Shown piece after piece: positions 59,678 to 64,000 of a stretch of DNA of 64,000 nt (position 1 is its first letter; each line of letters starts with the position of its first letter). The stretch is taken from NCBI RefSeq assembly GCF_028368995.1, contig NZ_JAQNDL010000002.1:1888001-1952000 (forward strand), given 5' to 3'. The position numbers and the translations under genes are program-made. Origin of the DNA: Nannocystis bainbridge. Lineage in GTDB: Bacteria; Myxococcota_A; Polyangia; Nannocystales; Nannocystaceae. The notes under the pieces are model-generated. The model did no database searches and had not been told where the DNA came from. It saw only the letters and a list, made by a program, of their open reading frames with translations.

Positions 59678-61240
59678 TCAGCGCCGACGCCGACGCCGGA
59701 TGCCCACGAGCACCAGCACGCTCGCCAGCCAGCCCTCGCGCCCGCCCGCGCTCGAGCGGCACGCGCAGCCGTCCTCGCCGTCTTGCCCGTAGCCCTCGGG
59801 CAGGGCCGCCCCGCTCAGCACCGGCGGGCCGGCCTCGTCCCCGCCGGCCTCGGCCTCGCCGCCGTCGTCCCCGGTGGTCGGCTCGCCGCCCTCCGAGCCG
59901 GTCGTCGGCGCTCCGGACGGATCGGGCAGCCCCGTCTCGCCGACCTCACCGCCGACCTCGCCGCCCGTCTCACCCGCGCCGGTCTCCCCGGCCCCGCCCG
60001 TCTCGCCGTTGCCGCCCGTCTCTCCGCCGCCGGTCGGGTCGGGCGGATCGGGCGGATCGACCGCCACCGGGTCGACGGCGATCGCCACGCGCACCCCCGG
60101 ATACACCGCCAGGTCGACGATCTCCGCCGCCGGCTCGTAGAGCCCCGGCCCGGCCACGTCGACCGCGTGCGCGCCGGCGCCGACCGGCGGCAGGGCCACG
60201 AGACCGTTGGCGTCGACCGCCTGCCCCGGCCCGCCGTCGAGGCTGACCGTCGCGCCCACCGCCGCCATCGCCGCCGGCGCGCACATGGCCGTGAAGTGAT
60301 TGGGATCGACGAACGCGACCGCGTCGAGCCCGTTGACGCCCGCGCACGGCCCCTGCCCGGCCTCCATCAGCAGTCGCCGGCGCGCCCCGATCGGCGCCGA
60401 CGCGTGAAGGTAGGTCACCTTCGCCCCGGCGGCGATCGGGCACAGCTCGGGCGCGGTCAGCAGGTCGATCGACTCGGCGGTGCGCTGCAGGTACGTGTTC
60501 GTCGTCGCGGTGATCGTACACAGCTTGCTGCGATCGACCACGGCCACGTGGATCTGGCCCTGCGGCACCACGTCGTGCACCAGCCCCATGTACATGTCCC
60601 AGTTCCAGCCGCCGCCCGGGTCGGTGTGGCTCTGGTTGGGCAGCTCGACGTGGCCGACGATGTGATCGCGGTCGACCGGGATGTCGTGGCGCGTCGTCAG
60701 CCAGCGCGTCAACCTGGCCGAAGAGACATACGTCTCCCACGTGTACCACTTGGCCGGATCGTCGACGTAGCCCTCGTGCTCGATGCCGATCGACGTCGCG
60801 TTCGACGAGCCGACGTGCCACGCCTTGTCCTTGTCGAGGACCATCTGCGTGACCTCGCCGTCGACCGAGCGCATGATGTAGTGGCACGACACCTGCGCCT
60901 GCGGGTTCTTGAACCACGACTTGGTGCCGGCGTAGCTGCCCTGCATCGTGTGCACGACGACGTGCTGGTACGAGGTGATGCCGCCCGCCGAGTGGTTGCA
61001 CGCGCAGGCCGGGTCGAACGCGGCCGCCAGCGGATACTCCGGATCGGCGCCCAGCGGCGGCGGCGGCTCGATCGCCCATGACTCGAGCTCGGCCGGGCGC
61101 CAGTGGTCGTCCTCGCGCTCCGGCTCCGGCGGGGCGTCCGCCAGCGGATGCGCCGCGGCTGTCCCTGCGGACAGGCCGAGCACCGATGCGCCGATCCACA
61201 GCGCCGCGCGGCGCTTCCAGTCCGTGGAGACACCCGTCAT
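59678..61240 (-). CDS. N-acetylmuramoyl-L-alanine amidase (amidase_2) with MYXO-CTERM sorting signal
   Basis: VVVHTMQG, SCHY, AWHVG, SIGIEHEG, IVGH, HTDPG; GET-rich linker; GCAC + TM + RRRRR. Confidence 0.9.
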   Translation of the reverse strand: MTGVSTDWKRRAALWIGASVLGLSAGTAAAHPLADAPPEPEREDDHWRPAELESWAIEPPPPLGADPEYPLAAAFDPACACNHSAGGITSYQHVVVHTMQGSYAGTKSWFKNPQAQVSCHYIMRSVDGEVTQMVLDKDKAWHVGSSNATSIGIEHEGYVDDPAKWYTWETYVSSARLTRWLTTRHDIPVDRDHIVGHVELPNQSHTDPGGGWNWDMYMGLVHDVVPQGQIHVAVVDRSKLCTITATTNTYLQRTAESIDLLTAPELCPIAAGAKVTYLHASAPIGARRRLLMEAGQGPCAGVNGLDAVAFVDPNHFTAMCAPAAMAAVGATVSLDGGPGQAVDANGLVALPPVGAGAHAVDVAGPGLYEPAAEIVDLAVYPGVRVAIAVDPVAVDPPDPPDPTGGGETGGNGETGGAGETGAGETGGEVGGEVGETGLPDPSGAPTTGSEGGEPTTGDDGGEAEAGGDEAGPPVLSGAALPEGYGQDGEDGCACRSSAGGREGWLASVLVLVGIRRRRRR

Positions 61241-61379
61241 GAGACGACGCTAGCCCCGGCGCCGTCCCCACGCAACCGGCTGTTTCGCGCCTGTGCGCCC
61301 CGCTACGGCGACCGCACGACCGGCGAGGCCCGCTGCGCCGACGCAGGACGCGCGCCCGGGAACGCGGGCTCTCGCGACC

Positions 61380-62066
61380 TCAGAGCAGCTGCTCGAGCCG
61401 CGCGCGGTTGAACCCGACCATCAACTCGCCGCGCACGTCGATCACCGGCACGCTCCCGGTCTGCACGCCCTTCTCCTTGGCCTTGGCTCGCAGCTCGCCC
61501 GCGGCGGTCTGGTCCTTCTCGATGTCCTTGGCGACGTACTTGACGCCCTTCTTGTCGAGGTACGACTGCACCTGCTTGCAGACCCCGCACCACTCGGTCT
61601 TGTAGACGATGACATCGGCCTCGCGCGGGGCCACCACCGGCGCCTCGAGCCCGGGCGGCAGCTCGACCGCGCTGCTGCGGCCGAGGCCCAGCGCCAGCTC
61701 CTCGAACTGGGCCCGCGGCACCGTCGAGAGCTTCCACGACCCGTCGGCCTCGGGCGTCTTCAAGTTCGCCGCCCACACCGTCCCGTCGGGCGGCTGCGGG
61801 CCCTGCAGCAGCGTCACCCGCACCAGCCCGCGCGCCTCCTCGGGCACGTCGGCCGGCTTGCCCGTGTCCTTGAACTGCCCGCGATCGCCCGCGAACGTCA
61901 GGACGGCGTCCTTCGCGTCGGCCGGCAGCACCGCCGCGCCGGTCTCGCCGGCCTCCGCGGTCGCCGGCGCCGCCTGCGGCCTCGTCGGCGCGGGCGGCTT
62001 CTCCGGCTCGCAGCCGCCTGAGCACAAGATCCACAGTCCGAGCAAGCTCGCGCACCTTCGCTTCAT
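61380..62066 (-). CDS. Glutaredoxin (NrdH-like) domain lipoprotein
   Basis: Signal MKRRCASLLGLWILCSGGC; IVYKTEWCGVC, SVPVIDV.G..MVGFN. Confidence 0.85.
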   Translation of the reverse strand: MKRRCASLLGLWILCSGGCEPEKPPAPTRPQAAPATAEAGETGAAVLPADAKDAVLTFAGDRGQFKDTGKPADVPEEARGLVRVTLLQGPQPPDGTVWAANLKTPEADGSWKLSTVPRAQFEELALGLGRSSAVELPPGLEAPVVAPREADVIVYKTEWCGVCKQVQSYLDKKGVKYVAKDIEKDQTAAGELRAKAKEKGVQTGSVPVIDVRGELMVGFNRARLEQLL

Positions 62067-62124
62067 GACGGCGCGAGTATAAGCCGCCACCGCGCCCCGG
62101 GCCTGGTAGGCTCGCGCCCGCGCC

Positions 62125-63825
62125 ATGGTGAGACTCGCATCCGGAGGGCCGCCCGAGGGCCGCAGCGTGCTCGCGCTGCTGCGGGCCGTGATCGCCCTCG
62201 TCGTCACCCTCACGATCCTCACCTTCGCGCTCTACTCCGGCTATCTCTCGTACACCGACCTCTCGCCGGAGGAGGTCCGCGTCCCGACCGCCGAGCTCAC
62301 GGTCGACCGCGCCGGCCGCCGCGTCACCTACGGCCGCTCGTCGCTCACCCGCGAGAGTCGGCTGTGGTTCCTCCACCTCGAGGGTCCGCCGGAGGAGATC
62401 GGCGACGCCCACGGCCGCCTCGCCGCCCGCCTGTGGGGCGAGCTCGACCGCGACGTCGCGCGCCTGCTGCGCAACCGCTACCCCGAGGGCCTCGAGCGCT
62501 GGACCGCCGACATGGTCATGCGCTGGGACTTCCGCGAGTCCGACCACAGCCTCTCCCCCGGCGTGCGCCGCGAGCTGGCCGCCCTGGCCGCCGCCATGCC
62601 CGAGGCCGGCGGCGAGCGGCTCTCGAGCTACCACCGCCTCTTCCTCGACCAGAGCTTCGTCGAGCTGACGCGCCGCCTCGACGACGTCCTGCTCGAGGGC
62701 ACCATGTTCGCCGCCGCCGCGCGGCCCAAAGGCGGCGGAGAGCGCGGCAACCTCGTCATCGGCCGCAGCTTCTTCGCCGACCTCGGCCTCGACGTCGAGC
62801 CCGACCGCCTCGTCACCATCGTCCACCCCGACGGCAAGTACCCGTTCGCCTCGGTCGGCTGGGCCGGCCTCATGGGCGTCGTCACCGGCATCAACGCCCG
62901 CGGGATCTTCGTCGCCCTCGACCCCACGCGCACCGACGACGCGCTCGAGGAGGGCGTGCCGCTGCCGCTGATCCTGCGCCAGATCCTCGAGGACGCCGAC
63001 ACCCTCGAGCAGGCGCTCGAGATCCTGCAGACCGCCCCGGCGCGCACCTCGGGCGCCGTGCTGGTCGGCGACGGCCGCCAGCGCCGCGCCGCCGTCGTCG
63101 AGCTCGCGCGCGACCGCGACGATCGCAAGCCGCGCGGCGAAGACCAGGCGCTGGTGTGGGCCACCAATCACATGCTGCGCGAGTCGTTCGAGCGTGACGC
63201 CCAGAACGACCGCATCCGCCGCTTCACCTCGAGCGGCTACCGCTACGATCGCCTCGGCGAGCTGCTGGCCGAGGCGCCCGTCGACCCGGCGCGCGCGGTC
63301 GCCATCCTGCGCGACCGCAAGGGCCTCGGCGGCGAGGAGCTCGGGCTCGGCAACCGCAACGCGGTCGACAACCTCCACCTCACCCACGCGGTCGTCGTCG
63401 ACGCCACCGCCATGGTCATGTGGGTCGGCGAGGGCCCGTCGTCGCTCGGCCGCTTCCGCGCGATCGACCTCCGCCACGCCCTCGGCCGCCGCCAGGAGCG
63501 CCCGGCCCCGCTCGACGACTTCCCCGCCGACCGCCTGCTCCACGGCGAGGAGTACAGCGACTACAAGGAGGCCCTCGAGGCCCTCGACCACGCCCGCGGC
63601 CTGCTGGCCCGCGGCCTGCCCGAGCAGGCCCTGGCGTCCGCCAGCGTCGCCCTGGCCCTCGCCCCCGACGTCGGCGAGCTGCACCGCCTGCTCGGCGACA
63701 TCGAGCGCGAGCTCGGCGACCTGCCCGCCGCCCGCCGCCACTACGAGCGCTACCTCGAGCTGGTCCCCGGCCGCCTGCGCGACCAGGAGCGCGTCCGCGG
63801 CCTGCTCGAAGAGCTGCGCGAGTAA
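62125..63825 (+). CDS. Peptidase C45/AAT-like Ntn-hydrolase with N-terminal TM and C-terminal TPR
   Basis: LEGPPEEIGDAHG, LVIGRSF, SVGWAGLMGVVTGIN, ATNH, S.YRY.RL, HAVV; TPR tail. Confidence 0.82.
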   Translation: MVRLASGGPPEGRSVLALLRAVIALVVTLTILTFALYSGYLSYTDLSPEEVRVPTAELTVDRAGRRVTYGRSSLTRESRLWFLHLEGPPEEIGDAHGRLAARLWGELDRDVARLLRNRYPEGLERWTADMVMRWDFRESDHSLSPGVRRELAALAAAMPEAGGERLSSYHRLFLDQSFVELTRRLDDVLLEGTMFAAAARPKGGGERGNLVIGRSFFADLGLDVEPDRLVTIVHPDGKYPFASVGWAGLMGVVTGINARGIFVALDPTRTDDALEEGVPLPLILRQILEDADTLEQALEILQTAPARTSGAVLVGDGRQRRAAVVELARDRDDRKPRGEDQALVWATNHMLRESFERDAQNDRIRRFTSSGYRYDRLGELLAEAPVDPARAVAILRDRKGLGGEELGLGNRNAVDNLHLTHAVVVDATAMVMWVGEGPSSLGRFRAIDLRHALGRRQERPAPLDDFPADRLLHGEEYSDYKEALEALDHARGLLARGLPEQALASASVALALAPDVGELHRLLGDIERELGDLPAARRHYERYLELVPGRLRDQERVRGLLEELRE

Positions 63826-63833
63826 ACACGCCG

Positions 63834-64000
63834 GGACATGTCCTTACGGGCATGTCCGACAGGGCATGCCCCTGAGGACATGCCCGTTCGAGCATGTCCT
63901 CCAGGACACCATGCACACGGCCGCCGGCGAGCTGCCCGTGCTCGCCGCTGCCGCGCGACGCGTGCCCGCGATGACCGTCCGAAGGGACATGTCGACTCGA
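63834..64000. repeat. Five-unit array of the 14-bp palindrome, plus further copies at the window end
   Basis: ggaca|tgtcc ttac gggca|tgtcc gaca gggca|tgccc ctga ggaca|tgccc gttc gagca|tgtcc tcca ggaca; 63976 cgtcc gaag ggaca|tgtcg. Confidence 0.9.

Overview
Very GC-rich (~73% by eye) myxobacterial chromosome segment, probably Nannocystis/Plesiocystis-like, judged from the eukaryote-like Ser/Thr kinases, a MYXO-CTERM protein and Cys-rich lipoproteins with Thr/Gly linkers. It holds about 43 genes: lon, a pair of giant TPR/DUF3857/transglutaminase-like proteins, acs, dprA, frmA, three Ser/Thr kinases, hutH, an NSS transporter with a tiny partner ORF, ALDH, NAT, a CNNM/CBS protein, an ECF sigma cluster, rlmJ, trpBA, a hybrid histidine kinase, SPFH/Arc, YgfZ, TolC/MlaC/DsbD, an amidase and a C45-like protein. 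I see no rRNA, tRNA, transposase or true CRISPR. The main unexplained signal is a 14-bp palindrome, TGTCC-N4-GGACA (often ACCTGTCC-N4-GGACAGGT). It occurs throughout the window as single sites and in-phase 14-bp multimers inside coding sequences (often on A/T-ending codons), as head-to-tail arrays of up to 10 units just after stop codons, and as 32-40-bp spaced arrays. Clusters sit at 8 of the 9 convergent gene junctions. This suggests a genome-wide DNA code read by a sequence-specific, possibly polymerising protein (inference).
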